Source: an uncultured Chloroflexia bacterium (lineage in GTDB: Bacteria; Chloroflexota; Anaerolineae; JAAYZQ01). Taken from it: 64,000 nucleotides of DNA. The notes beneath the pieces are model-generated. The model was not told the DNA's origin, did not search any database, and saw nothing but the letters and a program-made list of their open reading frames with translations. A program made the position numbers and the translations under genes. Positions 20,896-31,274 of this stretch are shown piece by piece (within the stretch, counting starts at the first letter, position 1; each line of letters begins with the position of its first letter). The stretch is taken from positions 1,664,001 through 1,728,000 of the forward strand of contig CAVOXA010000001.1 of NCBI GenBank assembly GCA_963700285.1, written 5' to 3'.

Positions 20896-22275
20896 CTAGC
20901 GCGTGACAAGATTGCGTGCGAGCTGATTCTGGCGTTCGATCACGGGTTCCAGATCAAGGGTCAGCAGGTGCCCATCGTCGATGACCACCCGGCCATGGAT
21001 GACGGAAAGCTCCACCTGTTGTGGGTGGCAGAAGAACAGAGCGGCCAGCGGGTCGTGCAGTGCTCCGGCAAAATCCACCGTGTCGAGGCGGAACCCAATC
21101 AAGTCAGCGGCCTTGCCTGGGGCAAGCTGGCCAATATCGTCACGGCCTAGCACCCGCGCGCCTCCTGCCGTCGCCATCCAGAATACTTCCTCTGCCGAGA
21201 GGCCGGCTGGGTTGCCAGATACCCGCTGCAGGAGGAGAGCCATCCTGGCCTCCGCCAGCATGTGCGAGGAGTCGTTACTGGCCGAGCCATCCACGCCCAA
21301 TCCCGTGCGAACTCCCGCGTCCAGGTAGGCCCGCACGGGGGCGATGCCTGAAGCCAGGCGCATGTTCGAACTGGGGCAGTGACAGACGCCGGTGCCTGTC
21401 TGGGCAAAGAGGTTCACTTCCTCCTCGTTCAGGTGCACGCAGTGAACGTGCCAAACGTCCTCTCCAACCCAGCCCAGATCCTCAGCATAGCCCGCCGGGC
21501 GGCGGCCGAACTCTTGCAGGCAGAAAGCCTCCTCGTCCTGCGTCTCTGCCAGGTGGGTATGGAGCTGGACGCCATAGGAGCGTGCCAGCGCTGCGGATTC
21601 TCGCATTAGATCGGGAGTGACCGAGAAAGGCGAACAGGGCGCGACGACGATGCGCAGCATGGCGTTGGGTTCCGGATCGTGATAGGTTTCGATAGCGCGC
21701 TGGGTCTCCCTGAGGATGAAATCCTCGTCTTCAACGACGCGGTCGGGGGGTAGACCCCCTTTGCTCTCGCCCAGGCTCATGGAGCCCCGGCATGGCTGGA
21801 AGCGGACGCCAATATCCTGGGCGGCGCGGATCTCGTCATCAATGCGGCAGCCGTTGGGGTAGACATACAGGTGGTCTGAGGCGGTGGTACAGCCCGACAG
21901 CATCAGTTCGGCTAGGCCAACCAGCGCGCTGGTATAGATGGCTTCTGGTGTCATTCCGGCCCAGATGGGGTACAGGGTTGTGAGCCATTGGAACAAGGTG
22001 GCGTCCTGGGCCGCCGGCACCGCCCTGGTCAGGGTCTGGTAGAGGTGGTGATGGCAGTTCACCAACCCGGGCAGAATGATCATTCCCTGGCCATTGATGA
22101 TTGTATCTGCGTTTTCTGGCAACTCGGCAGTGTGTCCAACCTGCTCGATGACGTTGTCGCGAACAAAGAGACCTCCGTCGGGAATGCGCTGGACCTCGAA
22201 GGGGTTTTCCGAGTCCGCAGTGCTGGTATCCGTAGTCACCAGTAGATCGGCGTGTCTTAGGAGCAGTGTTGACAT
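20896..22275 (-). CDS. 8-oxoguanine deaminase-like amidohydrolase
   Basis: HHHLYQTLTR, APCSPFSV, HTHLAET, HCPSSNMRLASG, GVDGSASND. Confidence 0.85.
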   Translation of the reverse strand: MSTLLLRHADLLVTTDTSTADSENPFEVQRIPDGGLFVRDNVIEQVGHTAELPENADTIINGQGMIILPGLVNCHHHLYQTLTRAVPAAQDATLFQWLTTLYPIWAGMTPEAIYTSALVGLAELMLSGCTTASDHLYVYPNGCRIDDEIRAAQDIGVRFQPCRGSMSLGESKGGLPPDRVVEDEDFILRETQRAIETYHDPEPNAMLRIVVAPCSPFSVTPDLMRESAALARSYGVQLHTHLAETQDEEAFCLQEFGRRPAGYAEDLGWVGEDVWHVHCVHLNEEEVNLFAQTGTGVCHCPSSNMRLASGIAPVRAYLDAGVRTGLGVDGSASNDSSHMLAEARMALLLQRVSGNPAGLSAEEVFWMATAGGARVLGRDDIGQLAPGKAADLIGFRLDTVDFAGALHDPLAALFFCHPQQVELSVIHGRVVIDDGHLLTLDLEPVIERQNQLARNLVTR

Positions 22276-22277
22276 GA

Positions 22278-22523
22278 TTATCCTCCCCCAACCGGAGGTG
22301 AATAGATCACCTCGTCGCCATCGTGCAGTTCTGCCTGCATTCCGACGTAGGCGCGGTTCACAGATGCGCTGATGAAGCGGGTATAGGCGCGCAGCACCGG
22401 GTACTCTTTTGCCAAAATGCCAATCAGGTCGCCCACGGTCGTCCCCGGTGCGATCTCAACCTCCATCCTGTTGCTTACCAGCGTGCCAGGGGGCACGGCC
22501 AGGAATCGTACACGAACGTGCAT
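22278..22523 (-). CDS. moaD: MoaD/ThiS sulfur carrier
   Basis: 81 aa ending LHDGDEVIYSPPVGGG; start overlaps the upstream stop (TGATG). Confidence 0.85.
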   Translation of the reverse strand: MHVRVRFLAVPPGTLVSNRMEVEIAPGTTVGDLIGILAKEYPVLRAYTRFISASVNRAYVGMQAELHDGDEVIYSPPVGGG

Positions 22524-23479
22524 CACCGCTTCTCTTCCCGTATGTACGGCAAGCCGAGAGCCGAGGGTGCGCCGGCGCGCTTGCCTCTCGATTCCCGCCA
22601 GGTGATCAGTATCAATACGAGGATCGTGACGATGTAGGGCAGCATGTTGAGGAATGCAGAGGGGATGGTGGTCCCCATGGCCTGCATGCGAAACTGGATG
22701 GCGTTGATGCCGCCAAACAACAGTGCGCCGATCACCGCCCGCAGCGGATCCCAGGTGGCAAAAATAACCAGGGCAATGGCGATCCATCCCCGGCCGCCCG
22801 TGATGTTGTCGGCCCAACCCTGGAGGTACCCCAGGGAAAGGTGTGCCCCGGCCATGCCCATCAGCATGCCGCCGACAACCGTGTACAGGTAGCGGACGCC
22901 GGTCACATCGATGCCCATCGCGTCTGAGGCTGCGGGGTTTTCGCCGACGGCACGCAGGTGCAGCCCGGGCTGCGTCCTGTACAGCCAGAATGTGAGCAGC
23001 GGCACCAGGAAGTAGAGCATGTAGACCATCAGATCCTGGTTGAAAAGGGCTGGTCCGACCACAGGCAGATTGCTCAGTCCCGGTATCGGGACACGCCCAA
23101 AGGTGGCGCCTTCAAGGCCGACCATGGTTGTACCGCCAGGGCCCAGCCGCTGGCCCATAAAGGCGGCCAAGCCTACGCCAAAGATGGTGAGCGCCAAGCC
23201 GCTGACGACCTGCTCAGCGCGCAGGGTGACGGTCAGGAAGGCGTGAATGAGGGACAAAATGGCGCCAATAAAGATAGCTGCTCCCAAACCCAACCAGGCG
23301 CTGCCGCCATGATAAGATACCGCAAAGGCTGTAGCCGCACCCACCAACATGATGCCCTCTACACCCAGGTTGAGTATGCCCGAGCGCTCGGTAAAGATTT
23401 CGCCCAGCGTGGCGTAGAGAAGCGAGGCACCGGCCCGGATAGTAATGGCCAGGATGGAGACGATCAGCGCTTCAGTCAT
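22523..23479 (-). CDS. ABC transporter permease
   Basis: ERSGILNLGVEG, RAVGENP, GRGWIAIALVIF. Confidence 0.9.
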   Translation of the reverse strand: MTEALIVSILAITIRAGASLLYATLGEIFTERSGILNLGVEGIMLVGAATAFAVSYHGGSAWLGLGAAIFIGAILSLIHAFLTVTLRAEQVVSGLALTIFGVGLAAFMGQRLGPGGTTMVGLEGATFGRVPIPGLSNLPVVGPALFNQDLMVYMLYFLVPLLTFWLYRTQPGLHLRAVGENPAASDAMGIDVTGVRYLYTVVGGMLMGMAGAHLSLGYLQGWADNITGGRGWIAIALVIFATWDPLRAVIGALLFGGINAIQFRMQAMGTTIPSAFLNMLPYIVTILVLILITWRESRGKRAGAPSALGLPYIREEKR

Positions 23480-24626
23480 GGCTGCCTCCTGCAGGGGCGG
23501 GTTCTGGAGCCTGGGGCGTGTGGCCGTCGGAAGGCCCCCGAACGGTCTCCCTGTCAGGGCGCATGATCCGGACCCGATAGTTCACGAATATGGAGCCGCC
23601 CAGGACAAAGAACAAGATTGCGCCCTGGAGTATGCCGGCCACAGCGGCTGGCAACCCGAGGGCTATCTGTATCTGGTCGCCGCCGACCTGAAGTGCGGCC
23701 ATTAGAAAGGCCACGACCAGCACCCCCCATGGGTTCAGAGCGGCCAGCCAGGCGACGATAATCGCCGTGTAGCCCGTGCCAACCGTGAGGCCATGGTACA
23801 GCCGGTGTGTGATCCCCGAGACCTCGGCCATACCGGCCAGTCCCGCGAGCCCACCTGACAATAGCATGACCAGGATGATGTTCTTGGCGATGCTCATCCC
23901 GGCGTAGCGTGCGGCCTTGGGATTCTCGCCGATCACGCGGATCTCGTAGCCCCAGCGGGTCCGGTTCAGGATGAACCACACCAGCGCCGCGGCCAGGATG
24001 GCAAAGATGAGACCGATGTGTACGCGGCCTGTCAGCCGCGGGAGCCAGGCAGCGTCCGGAAAGATGGCGCTGCCAGGGAAACCGTAGCCTTCGGGATCGC
24101 GCCATGGTCCGTGGTACAGGTACTCGACCATCAGGATGGCGATATAGTTCATCATCAGAGTGGTCAAGATCTCATTGACGCCGATCCACGCTTTGAGCGC
24201 TGCGGGGATGAGCGCCCACAGCGCGCCGGCCAAAATGGCCAGGATCATCATGACCGGGATGAGTGTAAAGCCAGGTAGATAGTCGCTCAGAAAAAGGGCC
24301 ACGAACGCGGCTGCTATGCCGCCCCAGGCCAACTGCCCTTCAGCCCCGATGTTCCAGAAAAGCATGCGGAAAGCAATGGATACGCCGAGACCCGTTAGCA
24401 TGAGGGGTATGGCCTTGACCAGGGTCTCTGTCAGCGCGTAACCGCTGCCCAACGAGCCCTGCACCATCACTCTGTACGCTTCAAGGGGGTTGATGCCAAA
24501 GGCCAGCAGGATGAGTCCGCCAAAGACGAGGGCCAGGACAAAGGAGAGAATGGGCACCAAAACAGAGGCCTTGCGCGAGTGGCTCAGACGTTTTTCAAAG
24601 AGGACGGTGGGTAGGTACTCTTTCAT
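23472..24626 (-). CDS. ABC transporter permease
   Basis: WNIGAEGQ, VNEILTTLMMNY, GYTAIIVAWL. Confidence 0.9.
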   Translation of the reverse strand: MKEYLPTVLFEKRLSHSRKASVLVPILSFVLALVFGGLILLAFGINPLEAYRVMVQGSLGSGYALTETLVKAIPLMLTGLGVSIAFRMLFWNIGAEGQLAWGGIAAAFVALFLSDYLPGFTLIPVMMILAILAGALWALIPAALKAWIGVNEILTTLMMNYIAILMVEYLYHGPWRDPEGYGFPGSAIFPDAAWLPRLTGRVHIGLIFAILAAALVWFILNRTRWGYEIRVIGENPKAARYAGMSIAKNIILVMLLSGGLAGLAGMAEVSGITHRLYHGLTVGTGYTAIIVAWLAALNPWGVLVVAFLMAALQVGGDQIQIALGLPAAVAGILQGAILFFVLGGSIFVNYRVRIMRPDRETVRGPSDGHTPQAPEPAPAGGSHD

Positions 24627-26248
24627 GGCCTATCCTCCTCCAGGGGAGCTGTGCCAATGTCGGGCTCTTCTACCTGCGATCTACCCTCTCCGGCCATCAG
24701 CAGGCCCAAGCCCTCGCGTGTCGCCTTGTCGGCGTCTACGATGCCGGCGATCTGTCCCTCATACATCACGGCAATCCGGTCCGATAGGGCCATGATCTCG
24801 TCCAATTCCACCGAGATCAACAGCACAGCCACCCCCTCATCGCGTTTCTCTAGGAGCTGGCTGTGGATATACTCGATGGAGCCCACGTCGACTCCTCTGG
24901 TAGGTTGGGCAGCCATAAGGAGTTTGATGGGCCGCGAAAGCTCGCGGGCGACGATGGCCTTTTGTTGATTGCCGCCAGAGAGCAATCGAGCGGGCGTGTC
25001 AGGCCCAGGCGTGGAAATGTTAAAGGTTTCGATGAGCTTCTCTGAAAACTGGTACAGGGCGCCGCCATCCAAGAGCGGTCCCCGGGCCAGCGGCGGTTCA
25101 CGGTAAGCCTTGAGCCCCAGGTTGTCGGAAACGGGCAGGTTGGGCGCCATGCCTACCCCCAGCCGGTCGCCAGGTATGTGGCTGACGCTGGCTCGGATCA
25201 CCTCCAAAGGGGAATAGCCGGTGATGTCCTGCCCTCCGACCCGGACGCTTCCGGCGGTGGCTGGCCGCAGGCCAGCGATGACCTCGACAAGTTCTCGCTG
25301 ACCATTGCCGGCGACCCCGGCGATACCCAACACCTCTCCCTCGCAGACGCGCAGGGAGACGCCCCGCAGCGCGGGAAGGCCCTTGTCGTTCAGTGCCTCG
25401 AGCTTGTCTACCTCGAGCGCAGCCTCTCCAGGCTCACAGGCTTCCTTGTCCAGGAAAAAGAGGACCTCCCGGCCTACCATTAATTCGGCCAGCTTTGCTT
25501 TGCTTGCCCCCTCTATGCCCAGTGTGGCTGTGACCCGTCCCCCGCGCAGCACCATCACCCGGTCGGCAAAGGCCAACACCTCGTCCAGCTTGTGGGTGAT
25601 AAAGATGACCGATTTGCCCTCGTCGACCATCTGGCGCATCGTGGTCGCCATCTCTTCCGCTTCCTGGGGGGTCAGTACAGCGGTTGGTTCATCCAGGATC
25701 AGGACCTCGGCGCCCCGGTACAGCAGCTTGAGGATCTCGACCCGCTGCTGTTCACCGACAGAGAGTTGCCAGATGTAGGCATCGGGGTCGACGCTTAAGC
25801 CATAGCGCTGGGACAGATCGGCGATCTCTTTGCCTACTTGGTCCAGGTGAAGGACCTTGCTCGCACCCTGCAACCCCAGGATGATGTTCTCGGCCACTGT
25901 CAGCGTCTCCACGAGCATAAAGTGCTGGTGGACCATGCCGATTCCGTGCTCAATGGCGTCGCGTGGCGAGCGAAAGTGGACGAGTTGCCCGTCGACAAAG
26001 AGTTCGCCTTCTTCCGCCTGATACAGCCCCGCCAGGACGTTCATCAGTGTACTCTTGCCGGCGCCGTTCTCTCCCAACAGAGCCAGGACCTCGCCGGGAG
26101 CAAGAACCAGGTCAACTTTTTCATTGGCCAGAACGCCCGGGAATCGCTTGGTGATGCCCTTCATCTGCACCGCATACCGCGGCTGCGCAGCAGACGGCGT
26201 CCCCGTGGCAGAGCCTACCTCTGCGACACGGGCATGCGAACTGTCCAT
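24623..26248 (-). CDS. CUT2-family ABC transporter ATPase
   Basis: GENGAGKST, DEPT, LSGGNQQK. Confidence 0.92.
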   Translation of the reverse strand: MDSSHARVAEVGSATGTPSAAQPRYAVQMKGITKRFPGVLANEKVDLVLAPGEVLALLGENGAGKSTLMNVLAGLYQAEEGELFVDGQLVHFRSPRDAIEHGIGMVHQHFMLVETLTVAENIILGLQGASKVLHLDQVGKEIADLSQRYGLSVDPDAYIWQLSVGEQQRVEILKLLYRGAEVLILDEPTAVLTPQEAEEMATTMRQMVDEGKSVIFITHKLDEVLAFADRVMVLRGGRVTATLGIEGASKAKLAELMVGREVLFFLDKEACEPGEAALEVDKLEALNDKGLPALRGVSLRVCEGEVLGIAGVAGNGQRELVEVIAGLRPATAGSVRVGGQDITGYSPLEVIRASVSHIPGDRLGVGMAPNLPVSDNLGLKAYREPPLARGPLLDGGALYQFSEKLIETFNISTPGPDTPARLLSGGNQQKAIVARELSRPIKLLMAAQPTRGVDVGSIEYIHSQLLEKRDEGVAVLLISVELDEIMALSDRIAVMYEGQIAGIVDADKATREGLGLLMAGEGRSQVEEPDIGTAPLEEDRP

Positions 26249-26446
26249 CGCTGAACCTCCTTTGGGGGCAGTTACCTACATATCGGAAGATGATTGCTGC
26301 CGACCTCCGCCAAGCGAAGGGGCCTCTCATTCACTCTGCGTTGAGGATGAGCCGGGACAAGGGATGGGCAAACCAACAGGAGCCGCTCTAGCGCATTACG
26401 AGCAAGAGAGTAGGGCGCCTGTCGACGACCGGCGCTAGCTGAGAGT

Positions 26447-26489
26447 CAATGCCTCCCCCGCCGGAATCGTCAGTCAGGGGAGGCATTGG
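26447..26489. terminator. Stem-loop downstream of the BMP gene (terminator or mRNA stabiliser)
   Basis: CAATGCCTCCCC ... GGGGAGGCATTG 12-bp inverted repeat. Confidence 0.6.
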
Positions 26490-26499
26490 TTGTGTTAAT

Positions 26500-27639
26500 C
26501 TACTGTGACGGGATGGTACCCGCCACACCCTCGACGAACCAGTCCATGCCGAGCATAGCGCCGTCTTCCATGCACTCACCTTCAGCCACTTTCTCAGTTC
26601 CATCCTGGCCGTTGATGGGCCCGCAAAAGACGTCCCAGTCGCCGCTCATGATCTTTTCCTTGGCCGCTTCTGCGGTAGCCTTCACATCGTCCGGGACCTT
26701 GGGGCTGTAGGGCGCCAGCTCGACAACGCCGTCAGCCAATCCGCCCCAGAACTCGTGGGTTTCCCAGGAGCCATCCAGTACATCCTCGACGGTGGCCGTA
26801 TAGTATGGGCCCCAATTCCAGATTGGGCTGGTGAGCACTGACTCGCCGACAAACTGGCCCATATCCGAGTCATAGCCAATGCTGAGCAGTCCGCGCTCCT
26901 TGGCTGCCTTCTGGGGCTCAGTGGTGTCCTGGTGTTGGGCGATGATGTCAGCCCCTTCGTCCAGCAGGGCCTCGGCGGCCTCGCGTTCTTTCACCGGGTC
27001 GTACCAGGTGTTGCTCCACACCACGCGCACTTCAGCGTCGGGGTTCACCTCACGTACACCCAAGGTAAAGGCGTTGATGCCGCGGATGACCTCGGGAATT
27101 GGGAAGGCTGCCACGTAGCCGATCAGGTCTGTCTCGGTCATGGATCCGGCCACCAGGCCAGAGAGATAGCGGGGCTGGTAGATCCGGCCAAAGTAGGTGG
27201 CCATATTGTCTGCCGTCTTGAAACCCGAGCAGTGCTCGAACGTGACGTCGGGATTCTCCCCGGCGACGGTCAGCATGGGATCCATGTAGCCAAAGCTCGT
27301 CGCAAAGACGACGTTGGCGCCCTGCTGGACGACGTCACGAATGGCCTTCTCTGCCTCCGGGCCCTCGGGCACATCGGGAACGGTGACGACTTCTACCTTG
27401 TCACCCAACTTTTCCTCCAGCATCTGGCGGCCCCGATCGTGCTCGAATGTCCATCCCAGGTCGCCGGGCTGGCCGATATAGATGTAGGCGACCTTGACCT
27501 TGTCCATTGGCGCGTCAGCCGCAGGTGCGTCAGCCTCAGGCGCAGCTTCCTCCTCGGTAGCCCCACAGGCGCCCAGCACCAAGGCCAGGGTGATAAGGGC
27601 AGCCAACAACAGATACATTCGCTTGGACATCATTGCCAT
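26500..27639 (-). CDS. BMP-family lipoprotein (purine-binding)
   Basis: Lipobox LGAC; DLGWTFEHDRGR, ATSFGY, IPEVIRGINAF. Confidence 0.9.
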   Translation of the reverse strand: MAMMSKRMYLLLAALITLALVLGACGATEEEAAPEADAPAADAPMDKVKVAYIYIGQPGDLGWTFEHDRGRQMLEEKLGDKVEVVTVPDVPEGPEAEKAIRDVVQQGANVVFATSFGYMDPMLTVAGENPDVTFEHCSGFKTADNMATYFGRIYQPRYLSGLVAGSMTETDLIGYVAAFPIPEVIRGINAFTLGVREVNPDAEVRVVWSNTWYDPVKEREAAEALLDEGADIIAQHQDTTEPQKAAKERGLLSIGYDSDMGQFVGESVLTSPIWNWGPYYTATVEDVLDGSWETHEFWGGLADGVVELAPYSPKVPDDVKATAEAAKEKIMSGDWDVFCGPINGQDGTEKVAEGECMEDGAMLGMDWFVEGVAGTIPSQ

Positions 27640-27801
27640 TCCTCCTCATGTTTTGATTGATTCCACTTCTGTGGCTAGTATGACGGGCCTCTCCTGGTTT
27701 TCCAGTATCACCTCCTTGGGTTGGTGCTTTGTAGAGATAGACTGCACTTGCCGGTATTTTGCAGTGGAACCTTTGCCGCCCCTCTTTACCACAGGCTGCG
27801 C

Positions 27802-30800
27802 CTATTGGCGGCCAGCCAATAGAAAGGGTGCCGAAGCTGTGATCCCTTCATAGATCGCAGCCATCTCGGCCACCTCTTTCAGTGAAAATGTGCCCACAAA
27901 CGTTTCTTCGAGGGCCATTTCCAGGATAGCCAGATCAGGAGTGAGTTTGATGCTCATTCTGGCGTCATGAAAGAGCAGGGTGCCGTCCTGAATCCTGAGT
28001 TCTGATTCCCGACCTCGCTCCCGCCGCCAGATAGCGCCAGATCCCGCGGCGCCCCTAATGTAGAAGGCATTGTCGTCTTCCAGATCAAAATCCCGCTTTT
28101 CCAGAAAGAGCCTTGGCTTTTCGGTATAGGGCTTTCCCTCGTGAACGCAGAATGTGGCGCAGTCCCCACACTCGTTGCAGAAATCGTCCACGTGAATGAT
28201 CTGCCGGTCCTGCGTGATCGTGAATGCCTCACTGCCGCTGACGACGAGCTTTCCGTCGTGGCAGGACAGTTGCGGTACTTGCAGGCTCACCGGTGTGACA
28301 AAGTAGCTAAAGTTGGAGCGGTTGGGGCAGACCTCGATACACTTGTCGCAGAAGGTGGTACACTGTACGCACCTCAATGCCTCCGCCTGGGCGGTTTCTT
28401 CCGTTAGCGTGGCTTCGATCAGGTCAAAGCCCGTTCGTTGGGCCGGCGGCAGCATCTCCGCCCGGTGCTGATCTTCCTTCCTGGCCCGCACTCGCCTGAA
28501 GGGGACGATCTCTTCCTCCGTCAGCGATGCCGGGCGTGAGGGTAATTCTTGGAACGGAATGCCCAGTTTCTCGCAGATGCCTTCGGCGGCCCGGCGGCCG
28601 TCGGCACAGGCAGCGATGATGCTATCTGGCCCGTCCACGATATCGCCGCCTGCATAGACGCCGGACATGCCTGCCAGCCCGGTCTCGGGATCGACCTGGA
28701 TGGCTCCCCACTTGTGCATCGAGATCCCGCTGCCATCGAGGAACCTGATCTCTGGGCTCTGGCCGATGGCGACGATGACCGAGTCGGCCTTGATCAGGAA
28801 CTCGCTTCCCGCTATGGGAACCGGCCGCCGTCGCCCGCTGTCGTCCGGCTCGCCCAGTTCGTTCCTGATGCACTCGAGGCCTACCACGCAGCCATTTTCC
28901 AAGAGGATCCGAGTGGGAGAGGCCAGTTCGTGCAGGATGTTCCCTTCCTCAAAAGCACCTGCCAGCTCTTCCTCATTGGCCGGCATCTCCTCCTCAGTCC
29001 TCCGGTAGACGATGGTGACCGGGTTGCCTGTCAGGCGCTGAGCCACGCGCGTGGCATCCATGGCCGTGTCACCGCCGCCGATAACCAGGGCCTTGGAGCC
29101 CAGATCGGGCCGTTCCCCGTCTCGGACGCGTTCCAACAGGTCGAGGGCGGCAAAGATGCCCTTGGCTGTAGCGGCTGATTCATCTAGCCCCTCGATGCGC
29201 AGGGGGGTGTCCTTCTGGAATCCAGTGGCGACGAATACGGCGTCAAAGCCGTCCTGCAACAACGCTTCTGGGGGTCTGGTGACGGGCTCGGAGCGCCTGA
29301 CCTCAACGCCCAGGGCAGTGATGCGCCCAATATCCCGCTGGATGATCTCCTCTGGCAGCCGGAAGACAGGAACCAGGCGCAACATGCCGCCGACTGCGTC
29401 TTTGGCTTCAAAGACGGTGACCTTTAGGCCGCTCAGAGCTAGATAGTAGGCCGCTGAATAACCTGCAGGCCCGGCGCCAATGATGGCAACCCTGCGCTCT
29501 GGGCTACCGGCTTTGGGAACCGGGATCTGGACTTTGCCTCGTTCTTCGGCAAAGCGTTTTAGTGCCCGGATGGCCACCGGTGCTTCATAGTCGTTGCGCG
29601 TGCAGCGGGTCTTGCATAGCTCGGTACAGACATGGCCGGTTACCCCTGGCAAGGGGTTCCGGGCCAGGATGACCTCCAGCGCGCGGTCGTATTCGCCTTG
29701 AGCGATCAGCCAGGCGTATTCAGGCACATCCTGGCATACGGCGCACTGTTCCATGCAAGGAGCGACCACACAGTCAAACAGGCCCAGCCCCGATTCTACC
29801 TTGGGCAGTCCGTAGGGAAAGTAGCTCTTTTTGTAACGTGGCTCTTCTAGTGCTGCGGCAGCCATCCGCTCCAGGTTGGCCAGCTTGTCGCGGGAGAATT
29901 CGGCCAGGCTGGACGCGCCCTGAGCCCGCATCGCGGCTTCCAGATTCTCCAGGTATTGCAGGCACCTGGAGTAGCCTCCTGGTTTGAGCAGGTCGGAAGC
30001 TGCCGTCACCGGGAGGGCGCCGGCGGCCAAGATGCCGCTCACGTTGACGGCGTCCGCGCCGCCAGCATAAGAGACTTTCAGTTCGCCGCCAAACTCCCGA
30101 ACTAGTCTGTCAAAGAGGTTGATGGTGATGGGATACAGCGCTCGCCCGGACATGTACATTTCGTCGCCCGGGAGCTCCTCCCGGTGATTGGCCATGGCCA
30201 GGGTATTGCTTAGTTTCACGCCAAAGGTGAGCCCTCGCTGGGTGGCCGTTTCCTGCAGCGCCCTGATCATGGGCACTGCCCGGTCGTACTTGATGTCGTG
30301 CTCAAAGACCGAGGCGGGGATGTGGATCTCCCGATAGCCCAGCTCGTCATGAAGGATGTGCAGCACCTCATCTCTGCCAAGCAGAGTTGGGTTCAATTTA
30401 ACATAAGTGTGAAGCCCTCGCTCTTCCAACATGTAGCGGCAGATCGCTTCGATTTCGTCCGGGGGGCAGCCATGCATGGTGGACAGCGTCACGCTGTTGG
30501 AGAGTTGGGTGGGTATCTCGAGGCCGGAAAACTGGGGGAACTCGCTCTCCAGGGCCTTCTGGATCTCACCCAGCTCCGCTGAGGCGTCAAGCATCCGGTC
30601 CACAAAGCGGACCATGGGCGGGCTTTGGATGCCTTCAAGGTTGTAGCCAACGCTCATGTTAAAGATGGTGCCAAATGGCACCTGTTCCTCCAGGCCCAAA
30701 AGCTGGCGCAGGACGTGAATGAGGGCCCAGGCGTTGATGTATTCCCGGGTCGATTCATCCAGCTTGAGTTCTTGGGACCACTCGACGTTATAGCCCTCAT

Positions 30801-31110
30801 CCTCCATGTCGATGCATGGTCGGGGGATCTCGAGTTCGTCCATGATCTGGACGGTCTTGAGTTCCATGAAGCGACCGCCAGACAGCCAGGCGCAGATGAT
30901 GTTCTGGGCCAATTGCGTGTGCGGTCCCGCCGCCGGGCCAATGGGGGTGGCCAGGTGGTATCCAAACATCTCCTCAGCATAGGGTGCGTCGGGCGTGGGG
31001 ATGTAGAACAAGGACCGGTGAATGCCAAAGATGGAGTCGTTCTCTTCAAGCTCCTTCAAGATCCACTTGAGGAGAATGGAAAAAGGCTGGACTTTCATCG
31101 TTTCCGACAT
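27802..31110 (-). CDS. ygfK: YgfK (putative selenate reductase subunit / Fe-S flavoprotein)
   Basis: PIGPAAGPHTQLAQNI, ELKTVQ, STMHGCPP, KLNPTLLG, GAGPAG, CIEVCPNR, FCNECGDC. Confidence 0.92.
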   Translation of the reverse strand: MSETMKVQPFSILLKWILKELEENDSIFGIHRSLFYIPTPDAPYAEEMFGYHLATPIGPAAGPHTQLAQNIICAWLSGGRFMELKTVQIMDELEIPRPCIDMEDEGYNVEWSQELKLDESTREYINAWALIHVLRQLLGLEEQVPFGTIFNMSVGYNLEGIQSPPMVRFVDRMLDASAELGEIQKALESEFPQFSGLEIPTQLSNSVTLSTMHGCPPDEIEAICRYMLEERGLHTYVKLNPTLLGRDEVLHILHDELGYREIHIPASVFEHDIKYDRAVPMIRALQETATQRGLTFGVKLSNTLAMANHREELPGDEMYMSGRALYPITINLFDRLVREFGGELKVSYAGGADAVNVSGILAAGALPVTAASDLLKPGGYSRCLQYLENLEAAMRAQGASSLAEFSRDKLANLERMAAAALEEPRYKKSYFPYGLPKVESGLGLFDCVVAPCMEQCAVCQDVPEYAWLIAQGEYDRALEVILARNPLPGVTGHVCTELCKTRCTRNDYEAPVAIRALKRFAEERGKVQIPVPKAGSPERRVAIIGAGPAGYSAAYYLALSGLKVTVFEAKDAVGGMLRLVPVFRLPEEIIQRDIGRITALGVEVRRSEPVTRPPEALLQDGFDAVFVATGFQKDTPLRIEGLDESAATAKGIFAALDLLERVRDGERPDLGSKALVIGGGDTAMDATRVAQRLTGNPVTIVYRRTEEEMPANEEELAGAFEEGNILHELASPTRILLENGCVVGLECIRNELGEPDDSGRRRPVPIAGSEFLIKADSVIVAIGQSPEIRFLDGSGISMHKWGAIQVDPETGLAGMSGVYAGGDIVDGPDSIIAACADGRRAAEGICEKLGIPFQELPSRPASLTEEEIVPFRRVRARKEDQHRAEMLPPAQRTGFDLIEATLTEETAQAEALRCVQCTTFCDKCIEVCPNRSNFSYFVTPVSLQVPQLSCHDGKLVVSGSEAFTITQDRQIIHVDDFCNECGDCATFCVHEGKPYTEKPRLFLEKRDFDLEDDNAFYIRGAAGSGAIWRRERGRESELRIQDGTLLFHDARMSIKLTPDLAILEMALEETFVGTFSLKEVAEMAAIYEGITASAPFLLAGRQ

Positions 31111-31146
31111 GCTTCACCTCCTCGCGAAGTGACGCTGCTCGAACAG

Positions 31147-31182
31147 ATTATACCGTGAACCAGTCACAATGTCCAGTGACTG
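31147..31182 (-). promoter_or_regulatory. sigma70-type promoter for ygfK with an inverted-repeat operator over the -35 box
   Basis: Minus strand TGGACA-N17-TATAAT; CAGTCAC-N8-GTGACTG palindrome at 31161-31182. Confidence 0.7.
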
Positions 31183-31274
31183 ACCTACCCAATCGTGGGT
31201 GTTAAGAAAGGCAGAAACAAAGCATCCTGGGCACGGGCCAATCCCCGGAAGCCTGGCCCAGGTTCTTCCGCATT

